Shown here: positions 14,001 to 26,904 of the stretch, piece by piece | How positions within the stretch are numbered: position 1 is the stretch's first letter | How the letters are laid out: each line of letters starts with the position of its first letter | Source: Mobula hypostoma | Lineage: Eukaryota | Direction: 5' to 3' | DNA: 64,000 bases | NCBI RefSeq assembly: GCF_963921235.1 | Contig: NC_086097.1 | Coordinates: 39,682,001 to 39,746,000 of the forward strand | The notes under the pieces: model-generated | The model's input: only the letters and a program-made list of their open reading frames with translations | What the model was told of the DNA's origin: nothing | Database searches by the model: none | Program-made: the position numbers and the translations under genes

Positions 14001-14226
14001 TATTGTTACATTTTAGCTTGGGTTATACAGTTATTCACTTGTGTATTTGCGGGTCACACTGACTGTAATCGGGGTGTGTGATGGTCACCTCCCCTGTCAG
14101 TATGAGACAGGTAGGGTTCACTCTCCGGGTCATGGTGCCCGGTCTGTTTCGTGTTTATCACAAAAAAACTGTTGTTGAGTTCAACCAGCTTCCTCGTCTG
14201 TCATTATGGACCAAATGCTCATCACA
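11075..14226 (+). mobile_element. Degenerate Gypsy LTR retrotransposon (gag, zinc knuckle, protease C-terminus, possible LTR at ~13969-14226), interrupted by a PLE
   Basis: Gag-like PRYDATSRLEPYLAQ..NGWS..LALALEGDAL, CYRC..GQH near 11980, and GLDLLSCWGARVD at 13741. A TG..CA-bounded segment lies at the end. Confidence 0.7.
12010..13738 (+). mobile_element. Penelope-like element: inverted 3' arm (12010-~12524) plus RT-coding segment
   Basis: MDVQSLYTSIPH, GVAMGSRMGPSYA and FLRYIDD are PLE RT motifs. The left part is the reverse complement of a PLE 3' end. Confidence 0.9.
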
Positions 14227-14227
14227 G

Positions 14228-15035
14228 CATTATAAGACCATTAGACATCGGAGCAGAATTAGGCCATCTGGCCCATTGAGTCTGCTCTGCCATTCAATCA
14301 TGGCTGATCCTTTTTTTTCATCTCCTCCTCAACCCCAGTTCCTGGCCTTCTCCCCGTAATCTTTGATGCCACGTCTGATCAAGAACCTATCAATCTCTTC
14401 CTTAAATACACCCAATGACCTGACCTCCACAGCTGCATGTGGCAACAAATTCCACAAATTCACCACCCTTTGGCTAAAGAAATTTCTCCGCAGCTCTGTT
14501 TTGAAAAGGCACCCCTCTATCCTGAGGCTGTGCCCTCTTGCCCTAGACTCTCCCACCATGGGAAACAGCCTCTCCACATTTACTAGGTCTTTCAACATTC
14601 GAAAGGTTTCAATGAGATCCCCCCTCATCCTTCTGAATTCCAGCGAGTACAGACCCAGAGCCATCAAATGTTCCTTGTATGGTAACCCTTTCATTCCTGA
14701 AATCGTCCTTGTGAACCTCCTCTGGATCCTCTCCAGAGGCCAGCATGTCTTTTCTAAGATGAGGGGCCCAAAACTGTTCACAATACTCAAGATGGGGCCT
14801 CACCAGTGCCTTATAAAGCCTCAGCATCACATCACTGCTCTTGTATTCTGGACCTCTTGAAATGAATGCTAACATGGCATTTGCCTTCCTCACAACCGAC
14901 TCAACCTGCAAGTTAACCTTCAGGGTGTTCTGCACAAGGACTTCCAAGTCCCTCTGTATCTCAGATTCCTGGATTTTCTCTCTGTTCAGAAAATCATTCA
15001 TACATTTATTTCTACTACCAAAGTGCATGGCCATT
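14228..15035 (-). mobile_element. CR1 LINE 3' end
   Basis: ORFs 14329-14790 and 14609-15034 ([37 protein letters not shown]). Confidence 0.92.
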
Positions 15036-15084
15036 ACAAACTCATTACATTATTATAGATTAAAAACATCTAAGTGTATTAATA

Positions 15085-15474
15085 TGTCAAGACCAGTGGA
15101 ACCATTTCTACTGACAGGAGAAGGAGCAAAGGTGTGGCTAAACCAGTCGCTTATCAGCTGTGATTGGCAGCTCATTTAGGAGAAGGAAAACTCTGATCTC
15201 AAACCTCCACTGTCTTGTGGCTATACCCACTCATGGGAAAGGCTTCTGGAGTGAACTCCAAGGGAAAAATCTGGAGCTGGAATCCCTAAGGTAGTCCTAT
15301 ATTGAGTTCAATGCAGACTGGCAACTCCTGCGACATTGCTGGTGCCAAACTGTATTGGTCTCTGCCACTCCTTTGGGTTCATCAGGTGCATGGAGAGGGG
15401 GAGTTTGGTGTATGGGCAACAGCTTGCTCTCTAGATGGTACTGCTCAGGCTTGCATACCTAGACAGCTAGGACG
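15085..15474 (+). mobile_element. Non-autonomous retroelement resembling a LINE 5' UTR; appears to resume at ~17325-17360
   Basis: Non-coding, UTR-like sequence that abuts the RTE insertion. Recognised by pattern only. Confidence 0.35.
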
Positions 15475-17324
15475 TAATCAGGACTCTGATGCAGACCCCA
15501 TCATCCTGGACGAACTGCCTGAACTTCCTCCTATCCACGACCTCAGTCTACCGCCAACCTTCCAGGAGGTTCTAACAGCTGTCCATTCCCTTAAGAACAA
15601 CAAGTCCCCTGGCAGTGACAATATTCCTGCTGAGTTACTGAAGAACGGAGGGTACGTTTGTATGCGCACCCTCTACCAGTACATGACCAAGGCCTGGACT
15701 GATGAGAACATCCCACAACAATGGAGAACTGCAAACATGGTTGTCATTTATAAGAACAAGGGTGACCAGGCCATCTGCGGCAATAGCAGGGGCATATCAC
15801 TCCTTTCTGTTGCTGGAAGGGTCCTGGCTAAGGTGATGCTTCAGAGACTCATCAGCAACATCACCAAGTCAATGCTGCCTGAATCGCAGTGTGGATTTAG
15901 GAAGAACAGGAGCATGATCGACATAATCTTCACAGCCTGGCAGCTTCAGGAACAGTGCCAGGAGCAACATCAGGACCTGTTTATGGCCTTTGTAGACCTC
16001 TCCAAGGCACTCAACACTGTGCAAAGAGAGCTCTTATAGGATGTTCTCTTCAGGTTTGGCTGTCCCAATAAATTTGTTGACATCCTTTGCCAGTTCCACG
16101 ATGACTGCGCGAGTGACAAGAGTCTGAGCCCTTCCTTGTACGCACAGGGGTGAGGCAGGGGTGTGTGCCAGCGCCAGTGCTCTTTAGCATCTTCCTCTTG
16201 TGTGTTACCAAGCTTCTCCACAACGAGATTGAAGACAGCAGCGGTGTGGCAGTGGACGTCAGATTAGATGGCAACCTCTTTGACATTAGGAGGCTCCACG
16301 CAACCACCAAACTCCATAGAGAGCGGGTCCTGGAGCTGCAGTATGCAGAAGCTGTGCTCTTGTGGCCCATACTCCGGAGGATCTTCAGACTGTCCTTGCT
16401 GTGACGGTGAGAGCGTACAGCAGGATGGGGCTGACTGTCAATACCACCAAGACAGAAGTGGTTTGCCAGTGGAGTACCAGTGTCCCACCCACTCTACCTG
16501 CCTTCACTGTTGGTGAGGAAAACCTGTCAGCAGTGCCATCTTTCAAATATCTGGGGAGCATTCTCCCTGAGGATAGCGGCATTGACAAAGACATCCAGAG
16601 CCGCATTAAACAGGCATCAGCTGCCTTTAGGAGACTTCGGCGTAGAGTCTTTCAGAACAGGAGCCTTCGTCCCTCCACAAAGGTCGCCGTATACCAAGCG
16701 ATCTGTGCCACCACCCTCCTTTATAGCTGTGAAGTTGAGGTAACCTACAGCCATCACATCAAGTCCTTGGAGGGCTTCCACATAAGCTGCCTCCAGTGCA
16801 TCCTGGGAATTACCTGGTGTGAGTGGGTGCCTCACACTGAAATACTTGTAAAGACCAACTGCAGAAGTATTGATGCCATGATCACCCAGCGCCAGCTGCA
16901 GTGGCTGGGGCACGTGATAAGGATGCCCCCATGTCGGCTACCCCGCAGAGTGTTATACGGCCAGCTACATCATGGTCAACGCTTAGCTGGAAGGTCGAAG
17001 AAGCGCTATAAGGATCAGATGAAGAATGCTTTAAGGAAGTGCAAGATCAGACCCGAGGACCTGGAGGATGTCGTTGCTGACCGTACCATTTGGCGACAGC
17101 TGTGTAGGGACGGGGTTCGTATTCTGGAGATGGAAAGAACAACCAGAAGACAGCAGAAGAGAGCCAGGAGAAATGCAGCCATGGTTGCCACCACTATCAC
17201 ATATGCATGTCCCACCTGCAATAGAGCTTGTGGGTCCAGGATAGTACTGTATAGTCATCAAAGATCTCACCGTTGAAGGAGTGGACGTTGTCATTGGATT
17301 TCAATGGACAACCGAAGAAGAAGA
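15475..17324 (+). mobile_element. 5'-truncated RTE (BovB-like) LINE
   Basis: ORFs contain KSPGSDNIPAE, RGISLLS, LPESQCGFR, RQGCV, WLGHVIRM and a terminal CPTC..HQRSH. The element ends in a (GAA)n tail. Confidence 0.93.
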
Positions 17325-17399
17325 ATATCCATGGTCAACTCTGACCGACAGAGGCCTCAGAACCTGGCAGACATAATTGTTCGGTTAATACAATTGAAC

Positions 17400-18065
17400 A
17401 AACCACACAAAATGCTGGAGGGATTCAGCAGGTCAGGCAGTATCTATGGAAAGGAATAAACAACAATCAAAGTTTCAGGCTGAGACCCTTCATCAAAAGG
17501 AAAAAGAAGACAGGATAAGAAGATGAAGGGAGGGGAACTAGTTCAAACTGGCAGGTGGATGGTGGGGAGGGGTGGATGAAGTATGAAGTTAGGAGGTGAT
17601 GGATGGAAGAGATAAAGGGTTGAAGAAGAAGGATGCTGATAGGAGAGGACAGTGGACCATAGGAGAAAGGGAAGGAAGAGGGGTACCAGAGGGAGCTGAC
17701 GGGGCAGGTGAGGGAAATAGAAGGGGTAAGAGTGGAATTAGAATAGGCAATGTAAAAAGGAGAGTAGGTAGTGGGGAGAAATGACTTGAAGTTAGAGAAA
17801 TTGATGTTCATCCATCTAGGTGGAGGCTGTCCAGACAGAACTTGAGGTGCTGAGTGTGGCCTTAACATGGCAGGAGAGGAGACCATGGACAGACATGTCA
17901 GAATGGGAAGGGAAGTTGAATTGTATTCAGTGGCCAATGGAAAGTCTCACCTTTTGTGGTGGACGGACCAAAGGTGCTCGAAGACATGGTCCCCTAATCT
18001 ACCTTGTGTTTCACCAGTGTAGAAGAGGCAACACCGGGAACACCAGGCACAATAGATGACCCCAC
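17400..18065 (-). mobile_element. Older Penelope-like 3' fragment
   Basis: Minus strand reads GVIYCAWCSRCCLFYTGET, followed by a purine-rich arm and the terminal repeat with a decayed hammerhead motif. Confidence 0.85.
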
Positions 18066-18067
18066 TA

Positions 18068-19190
18068 GTTTTCATAAATAAAATAAAGTGAGGTGTTTTA
18101 TGTTTAATGAAACCTGTAACACATTTTATTGAACTCCAAAATCTACACACCAAAGTGCGCTAGAATTCTTTACGTAATAATGTCATCATGTCATACCAGC
18201 CTCTTGAAGTGAAACCCCAACTCATTGTTGGTGGTTGTGAAATATGTACATTTCTCCCAATTACGTTACCCTGCACAGACACTAAGCATCCAACTCCCCC
18301 GCAGGATTCGCTAAAACCAGCATTGTGAGTCCGTCTGGCGCTCGGATAAGCCACCCGACTTGGGTCCTGTGTTCCGTGCATGGAGGAACAGCAGGTGCCT
18401 CTGGCTCGTCCAGAGGTACGTTGACATGTTGTATTGCCAGGGGCATGGCAGTGGAATACTCCAAATCTTGGTGGGCCTGTTTAAAGCGATCTACCGAAGT
18501 ATATTCAGATTTACCCCTCTTACCTATGATAAAAGTCTTTTCTCCCCATTCCAAAGTGTGGAGCATCCCATCGTAAGGGGGCCCAAGGGGACGCTGATGT
18601 GCATCATGGCGGACGAAAACAAACGAGGTGGAATGTAGGTCAACAGGAACCCAAGAGAGCTGTACACCATGATGGGAGGTAGGAATGGGTGAATAGGAAT
18701 TGTATTTACTGAGTAGTGTGGGAAGTGTTGAGAGGCTGACCTGGCAGTCATGGCCTCAGAAATGAAATCACCTGGCATTTGTAACAGCTGCCTGTATACC
18801 AACTTCCCATGGCTGACTGCAGGCCCCCTTTTGGAGCTGTTGTGAGCCCCAGCAGGACTCACAGGAGGTGATCATGCTAACGTTCGTCCATCAGGGAAGC
18901 TCTCAGAGCAGCCTTTAAGGATCAGTGAAACTGCTCACCTGGGCCATTGAACTGAAGGTGATACGCCGTGGTGTGATGTACCCTAACTCCAAGGTTCTGG
19001 ACCATCGCATCCCTGAAGACTGATATGAATTGGGGACCGCAGTCAGAGGAAATATCAGATGGGGTGCCAAACCGAGCAACCCAGGTGCTGATGAACACCC
19101 GAGCCACATCTGCGGCCATCGTCGATGCTAGAGGGACAACCTCTGACCACCTGGTGGTATGGTCCAATATGGTAAGGAGTTTATCAGGTT
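18068..19190 (-). mobile_element. Gypsy integrase, polypurine tract and 3' LTR remnant
   Basis: Integrase core WVARFGTPSDISSDCGPQF..HHTTAYH, C-terminal KTFII..SVDRFK, and a purine tract (GGGGGAG on the minus strand) near 18295. Confidence 0.85.
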
Positions 19191-20099
19191 TCAAAGTTAT
19201 TGGTTTAGATGTCTTTTAAGTTCTAAATTAAAAAAAGATTCTTAAATAATTAAACAGTGGAATAATGGTATGAAATGGCTATTTCAATCCCTATAGTGGT
19301 TTTCTATCAGTGGGGTGAGATGAAGTAGGGGATTGGGGAAGGAAGATCCCAGGAGGAAGCTCTTTCCCTCATAGCTGTACTTCAATAATTTGTAAAATTT
19401 CCAGACATCTTGTTGGACTCTGGTCCAGAGTCTCTTTCTTTCTCTCAGCACTCTCCTATTATCCTTTGCATGCAGAAGATATACCAGAGGGATGCTATGG
19501 ATGCTTATAGATCCGTCTGAAGAGAACTTTTAAGAGCTGAAACCAGGAGCTGACTATCAAACCACTCCTAGGGATTGTCTGGTTTCCCTAATGTTGACCA
19601 AATTATCCTTCCTCTTGGGAAACCTGCCAACTGTAGGAAGGTCAAGACAGCTTCAAGGAGAAGGTAAGTGCCTTCACAGGATTTCCTGTGGGCCAGAAGA
19701 AGTAGGAGCATCCTTGGGATTTGTCACCTTTAGGTGGCCCTGCATTATGCAAGCTTCAGTAGATGCTATTGATGTGGTATTTCAACAGCAGTGGGAACAG
19801 AAACAGAGGACAAATCATTACTGGTTCTGAACAAATCTAAAATTATGTTGTGTTCCTCTCACACTCAGTTTCACTGACTACAATACTACCCTCCAATGTG
19901 CACTTTAATAAGCTCCTCCTACCATTGCACATCGAAGGTCTCGAACCTGTGAGTACTTCCTTGGACAGTTTAATCTTGAAATATATACAAAATAATGTGG
20001 AGCAAACAAAAACTGCAATTTAATAGCTTTTACAGTGTCCTGGGAGCAAACTATTCAATCAAAAATTCCATAGAGCTTTACTTTTAGAAGAGATAAGCA

Positions 20100-20815
20100 A
20101 AATGAAGAAAGTTAAATGTTAACCCTGGTTATAAAAGATGGGATAAAGAAGAGAATCAGTTTGTGTGGAGTTAGTAAGGGGTGGGGAAACACCGGTGGGA
20201 GATTTCTAAAAGCCTCCAAACAGAAATGGTAATGTAAGCTACAGTATAAATCTGACAACTAGAGGCTATTCTATCCATTGCAAATATAGATTGAGCAAGA
20301 CAAATTAGCAGATATTTTGTGGAGGCCAACTTCACTGACTGTATATTTAGAGATAATTTTCTGTATTAGCATGCTGAGGAGTAAGGGAGAGGAATGGTAT
20401 TTAGCATCATGCAATGAGAAGGGATTAATTACTACATGGAGGTGAAGGGACTTCTAGGGAAAAGTGACAATAATATGGTAATATTTTAATGTAAAGATTT
20501 GAAAGGATTTTGTTCAAACGGAATATGTGAACAAAACAGGCTGTGAAGTCATGAAGTGAGAAATACAATGATGAACGACATGAATTACAATGACGGCAAT
20601 AAGAAACAATGGCTAACTTTTAAAGAATTTAAAACAGATTTTGACAAATGGTTATACCCTTTAAAACACGAAATCCATTACAAAAGTGGTTCACCTATGG
20701 TAAACCAAAAGATACAGATAGCATTGGATAAAAGATTGGTAACACCGAAGATGACAAGTAACTCACAATTCAGCAAAGAGGACAAAGGAATTGCTAAGAA
20801 ATGGGAATGTAATAA
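20100..20815 (+). mobile_element. Highly decayed CR1 ORF2 (endonuclease region)
   Basis: Residual VWVEL, LGKSD and QWLTFKE motifs. It continues at about 21925-22960 after a younger insertion. Confidence 0.55.
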
Positions 20816-21922
20816 GATAGAAACATAGAAAAACTACAGCACAATACTGGCTCTTCAGCCCACAATGCTGTGCCGAGCATGTACTGACTTTAGAAATTAC
20901 CTAGGGTTACCCATAGCCCTCTATTTTTCTAAGCTCTAGGTACCTATCCAGGAGTCTCTTAAAAGACCCTATTGTATCCGCCTCCACCACTGTCACCAGC
21001 AGGCCATTCCACACACTCACCACTCTCTGCGTAAAAAACTTACACCTGACACCTCTGTACCTACTTCCAAGCACCTTAAAACTGTGCTCTCTCGTGATAG
21101 CCATTTCAGTCCTGAGAAAAAGCCTCTGACTATCCACATGATCAATGCCTCTCATCATCTTATACACCTCTATCAGGTCACCTCTTATCCATTGTTGCTC
21201 CAAGGAGAAAAGGCCAAGTTCACTCAATCTACAAGGCATGCTCCCCAATCCAAGCAATATCCTTGTAAATCTTCTTGCACCATTTCTACAGTTTCCACAT
21301 CCTTCCTGTAGTGAGGTGACCAGAACTGAGCACAGTACTCCAAGTGGGGTCTGACCAGGGTCCTATATAGCTGCAACATTACCTCTCAGCTCTTAAACTC
21401 AATCCCATGGTTGATGAAGGCCAATGCACCGTATGCCTTCTTAACCACAGAGTCAACCTGCGCAGCAGCTTTGAGTGTCCAATGGACTTGGACCCCAAGA
21501 TCCCTCTGATCCACCACACTGCCAAGAGTCTGACCATTAATACTAAATTCTGTTGTCATATTTGACCTACCAACATCAAACACCTCACACATATCTGGGT
21601 TGAACTCCATCTGCCACTTCTCAGCCGGGTTTTGCATCCTATCAATGTCCCACTGTAACCTCTGACAGCCCTCCACATTATCCACCAATCTTTGTGTCAT
21701 CAGCAAATTTACTAAACCCATCCCTCCACTTCCTCATCCAGGTCATTTATAAAAATCATGAAGAGAAGGGGTCCCAGAACAGATCCCTGAGGCACATCAC
21801 TGGTCACCAATCTCCATGCAGAATATGACCCATCTATAACCACTCTTTGCCTCCTGTGGGCAAGCTGATTCTGGATCCACAAAGCAATGTCCCCTTGGAT
21901 CCTGTGCCTCCTTTCTCAATAA
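20816..21922 (-). mobile_element. Young CR1 3' portion
   Basis: ORFs 20907-21257 and 21386-21721 closely match the 3' part of the 4020-7356 element, with an ATAGAAAC tail. Confidence 0.93.
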
Positions 21923-21924
21923 GA

Positions 21925-22962
21925 TGGTCAGAAAATTAAAAACAGATCTTAAAAGATTCTATATGTGTGAAAAAGAAACTGCTAGTTAAAATGATTGTGT
22001 ATTCCTTACAAACTAAGATGGGAAAAAGTATATTAGGAATAATGAAATGGCAGGGAAATTGAACAATAATGTGTATGCCTTCATGGAAGAAGACAGAAAA
22101 CCTTTCGGTATTGGCAGTGACCAATTGGCCTAGAGCAGAGTTTCCCAACCTTTTTTTTATGCCACGGATGCTTACTATCAACCAAAGGGTCTGTGGATTC
22201 CAGGTTGGGAATCACTGGCCGAGAAGAAATGAGGAGCATTTCCTCTAGGAAATGGAATTACCTTGTTCAAGAAAGCTAATAGGGATAAACCATTGAGTAA
22301 ACTAGTGGAGAAGATTCTCAGGATTCATGAGTATTTGGAGCACACTTTTAATAAAAAAAGTCAACATTGCTTTGTAAAGGGGAAGGACAGCCCTCATAAG
22401 CCTAATTGAGTTTTTCGAGGAGGTGCAAAACAAATTGAGCAATTGCATGTGTGAATTTTAGTAAGGTACTCAACAAACTTCTTCCTTGTGTTAGGCTTGC
22501 CCAGAAACTCATGAGGCATGGGATCTATGGGGACTTAGCTGCATGGATTCAGAATTGCCTTTCCCATGGAAAGCAGAGGATGGCAGTAGATGGATTGTAT
22601 TCTGCCTGGAAGCAGGCACCTGGTTCCGTTGGCATGTGTTCTGAGACCCCTGCTCTTTGTGATTTTTATAAATAATGTGGATAAGGAAGTGGAAGGGTGG
22701 GTTAATAAGTCTGCAGATGATGCAAAGTTGTTATGAACAGTGTAGATGGTTTTCATACGTCACTACAGGACATAGACTAGATGCAGAGTTGGTGAGGGGT
22801 AGCAGATGGAGTTCAGTCTGGAAACGTGTAAAATGATACACTTTGGAAGGTTGAATGTGAAGTCGGAGTACAAGGTGAGTGGTAGAATCCTTAACGTTAT
22901 GAAGAAAGAGGGATCATTGGGTCCAAGTCCACAGATCTTTCAAAGTTGCCATGCAAGTTGAT
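21925..22962 (+). mobile_element. Old CR1 ORF2 remnant
   Basis: ORF 22451-22675 (NFSK..HGIYGDLAAWIQN) and FYMCE/ADDAK-like residues. Confidence 0.7.
22136..22217. mobile_element. hAT-type MITE (82 bp)
   Basis: Imperfect TIR CAGAGTTTCCCAACC / GGTTGGGAATCACTG. The 8-bp flanks GCCTAGAG and GCCGAGAA match at 6 of 8 positions. Confidence 0.7.
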
Positions 22963-22964
22963 AA

Positions 22965-23085
22965 ACACAAGTAAGTCTGCAGATGCTGGAGATCCAAAGC
23001 AACACACACAAAATGCAGGAGGAACTCAGCAGAGCAGACAGCATCTATGGGAATGAATAGACAGCTGATGTTTTGGGCCAAGATC
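22965..23085 (-). mobile_element. Short PLE terminal-repeat copy
   Basis: CTGCAGATGCTGG..CACACACAAAATGC..GCAGCATCTATGG..GTTTTGGGCC. Confidence 0.8.
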
Positions 23086-23470
23086 TAGACACTAGACACT
23101 TGAATACTACAGCACAGTACAGGCCCTTTGGCCCTCGATGTTGCGCCAACCCATATATTCCTTATAAAAAAAAGTAGCAAACCCACACTACCCCATAACC
23201 CCCTATTTTTCTTTCATCCTTGTGCCTGTCCAAGAGGCTCTTAAGTACCCCTGATGTTTTAGCCTCCACCACCATCCCTGGCAGGTCATTCTAGGCACCC
23301 ACAACCCTCTGAGTAAAAAACTTACCCCTGATGTCTCCCCTAAACCTCCCTCCCTTAACTTTGTACATATGCCCTCTGGTGTTTTCCCTGGGAAACAGGT
23401 ACAGGCTATCCACCCTATCTATGCCTCTCATAATCTTGTGGACCTCTATCAAGTCCCCTCTCATCTTTCT

Positions 23471-25080
23471 TTCTTTTTCAATCTTTTTATTAATTTCATA
23501 GAATGAAAACATAACAAAGCAAAAATACAAGTAGTAGGAGATACATTGTTACATTTAAAATGAGTAATTGTAAAACCAAATAGTAAAAATTAACAAAGCT
23601 CCCAATCGTGTAGAATAATAGTAAATAATACAAAGCAAAAAAAACTGAAGAAAAATCATGAAAAAGAAAAAAAAGAAAAAAAAATGAACCCCATCCCAAA
23701 AAAAAACTAAACTAAACAGAATTAATCAACTGAACTAAAAGACTTGGGCAATACTAACAACTTGAAAATAGGAAAGAAGAAAACCTTAGTGTCGACGACT
23801 CCATTCCTCTCAACCTACAGTGCAGAGAAATAAAACAAGTTTGGAAATGGTCAAATTACATCAAATGAAAATGCTGAATGAATGGCCTCCAAGTTTTTTC
23901 AAATGTAATGGAAGGGTCATAAACCGCACTTCTAATTTTTTCCAAATTCAAACATACCATAGTTTGTGAAAACCAATTAAATACCGTAGGAGGGTTAATC
24001 TCTTTCCAATTCAGCAAAATGGATCTTCTAGCCATTAGAGTAAGAAATGCAATCATCCTACGTGCTGAAGAGGTTAGATAATTTGAATCTATCATTGGTA
24101 ATCCAAAGATAGCAGTAATTGGATGAGGTTGTAAGTCTATATTCAAAACCATTGAAATAATGTCAAAAATGTCTTTCCAATATTTTTCCAACAAAGGACA
24201 TGACCAAAACATGTGAGTTAAAGAAGCTATCTCAGAATGACATCTATCACATATAGGATTTATATAAGAATAATAACGAGATAGTTTATCTTTGGACATA
24301 TGAGCCCTGTGTAGTACTTTAAACTGTATCAACACATGTTTAGCACATATAGAGGATAAATTAACCAATTGAAGAATTTTTTCCCATTTTTAAATTGGTA
24401 TAATAATGTTAAATTCACTTTCCCAATCAGCTTTAATTTTATTGGAAACATCAGGACATAAATTCATAATTATATTATATATAATTGCTACAACACTTTT
24501 CTGAGAGAGATTTAAATCTAAAATTTTTTCCAAAGTGTCCATTGGATATGGGTGTGGAAAATTAGGAGAAACAGTAATTAAAAAGTTTCTAATCTGTAGA
24601 TATCTGAAAAAGTGAAATCTGGGTAAGTTATGTTTATTAGAAAGTTGATCAAAAGACATGAAACAATTATCCAGAAATAAATCACGAAAACGTATTATAC
24701 CTTTGGTTTTCCGATCAAAGTAAGCTTGATCCATAGTGGAAGGTTGAAAAAGGAAATTAGATATAATAGGACTTGCTAAAATAAATTGATTAAACCCAAA
24801 AAATCTTCGAAATTGAAACCATATACGTAAAGTAAAGGAGGGGGGGGCTTGCCCTCCCGAATTTCAGATTCTATTATTGGGCAATTAATATTCGATATTT
24901 AAAACTTTGGTTACGAGATTTGGATGTATCTTTAAATCCACAGTGGGTAAATCTTGAATGTAATTCATTACAAGGGTTTTCCTTGGGTTCAGTTTTAGGA
25001 ACTTCGCTTCCTTTTACTTCTTCCAAATTGTATAAACAAATGAATAATCCAATAGTTAAGCATACCTTACGTATATGGTG
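23471..25080 (-). mobile_element. L1-clade LINE, 5'-truncated with a 5' inversion
   Basis: ORF2 C-terminus (QFKVLHR, CDRC..HMFWSC) and an A-rich tail on the minus strand. 24836-25080 is a plus-strand GGLALPNFRFYYWA piece. 15-bp TSD CCCTCTCATCTTTCT at 23456 and 25081. Confidence 0.92.
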
Positions 25081-26057
25081 CCCTCTCATCTTTCTATGCT
25101 CCAAAGCGAAAAGTCCCAGCTCTGCTAACCTTAGAGAAAGTCATAGAGCACAACAGCACAGAAACAGGCCCTTTGGCCCATCACCTTGCCTCATAAGACT
25201 TGTTTTCCAATCCAGGCAACATCCTGGTAAATCTCCTCTGCACCCTCTTCATAGTGTCCACATCCTTCCTATAATGAGGTAACCAGAACTGAACACAATA
25301 CTCTAAGTGTGGTCTCACCAGAGATTTGTAGAGTTGCAACATGACCTCTCTACTCTTGAACTCATCCCCCTCTTAATGAAGCCTAGCATCCCATAGGCCT
25401 TCTTAACTATCCTATCAACCTGTGCAGTGACCTTGAGGGATGTATGGATTTGAACCCCAAGGTCCCTCTGTTCATCCACACTCTTAATAAACCGACCATT
25501 AACCCCATTAACTCAGCCTTCTGGTTTGTCCTTCTGAAATCCATCACCTCACACTTATCCGGATTGAATTCCATCTGCCACTTTTCTTTCCAACTCTGCA
25601 TCTTGTCTATATCCTCTTTTAACCTTCAACAACCTACAGCTCCATCCACAACTCTTCCAATCTTCGTGTCATCCACAAACTTACTCACCCATCCTTCTGC
25701 ATCTTCATCCAGGTCTTTTATAAATATCACAAAGAGCAGGGGTCCCAGGACAGATCCTTGAGGCACTCCACTAGTCACCGACCTCCAGGCAGAATACTTT
25801 CCTTCCACTACTACCCTCTGTTTTCTTCCTGTAAGCCAATTTTTTTTATCCAAACAGCAAAGGTTCCACTGATCCCATGCCTCATGACTTTCTGGATGAG
25901 TCTCTCGTGGGGGACCTTGTCAAATGCCTTGCTAAAATCCATACAGACCACATCTACCGCCCTACCCTCATCAATTTCTTTTGTTACCTCTTCAAAAAAC
26001 TCAATTAGGCTCGTGAGGCACGACCTTCCCTTCACAAAGCCATGTTGGCTATTATTG

Positions 26058-26195
26058 CAAACACGAGGAAAACTGCAGATGCTGGAAATTCAAGCAACAC
26101 ACATCAAAGTTGCTGGTGAACGCAGCAGGCCAGGCAGCATCTCTAGGAAGAGGTACAGTGGACGTTTCAGGCCGAGACCCTTCATCAGGACTAAC
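26058..26195 (-). mobile_element. Short PLE terminal element with a hammerhead core
   Basis: TSD GTTG(G/A)CTATTATTG at 26044 and 26196. The minus strand reads AGTCCTGATGAAGGGTCTCGGCCTGAAACGTC. Confidence 0.9.
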
Positions 26196-26904
26196 GTTGA
26201 CTATTATTGAGTAACCTGTACTTCTCCAAATGCTTGTAGATCCTATCCTTAAGAATCCTTTCCAACAGTTTGCAGACCACCGACGTAAGACTCACCAGTC
26301 TATAGTTCCCAGAATTCTCCCTATTACCTTTTTTAAACAAGGGAACTACATTTGCCATTCTCCAATTCTCTGGCACCTCCCCTGCAGCTAAAGAAGATTC
26401 AAAGATCATAGCTACTGCTCCAGCGATCTTTTCTCTCACTTCCCACAGCAACCTGGGGTATATCACGTCCGGCCCTGGGGACTTATGAATCTTGATGTTT
26501 TTAAGAAGATCCAACACTTCTTCTTCCTTAATCTCCACATTGTCCAGCACACAGGCCTGCTCTATTTCGACCTCACCCTGACCAAGGTCCTTTTCACTTG
26601 TGAATACTGAAGCAAAGTATTCATTTAGGACCTCCCCAACTTCCTCCACCTCCAGGCACATGTTGCCTTCTTTATCCTTTAGCAGCCCCACCTTCATTCT
26701 TAGCATCCTTCTGTTCTTCACATACACATAGAATGCCTTGGGGTTCTCCTTAATCCTACGTGCCAAGGCCTTGTCATGTCCCCTTCGAGCTCTCCTTAGT
26801 CCTTTCTTAAGCTCCTTCCTGGCTACCCTATATTTCTCATGAGCCCCTCCTGCTTCCTGCTTCTTATATCTAACATATGCTTCCTTCTTTCTCTTGATAA
26901 AAGT

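Larger units (their letters stand above)
23086..26900 (-). mobile_element. CR1 LINE interrupted by an L1 (23471-25080) and a short PLE (26058-26195)
   Basis: ORFs 26191-26997, 25811-26035 and 25626-25853 are collinear CR1 RT, and the 3' end lies at 23086-23470. Confidence 0.93.

Noticed and set aside
12924..14081. 385-aa ORF as a novel RT fusion protein
   Set aside because: It is a chance read-through of PLE RT, frameshifted PLE sequence and Gypsy protease/LTR sequence across an insertion junction.
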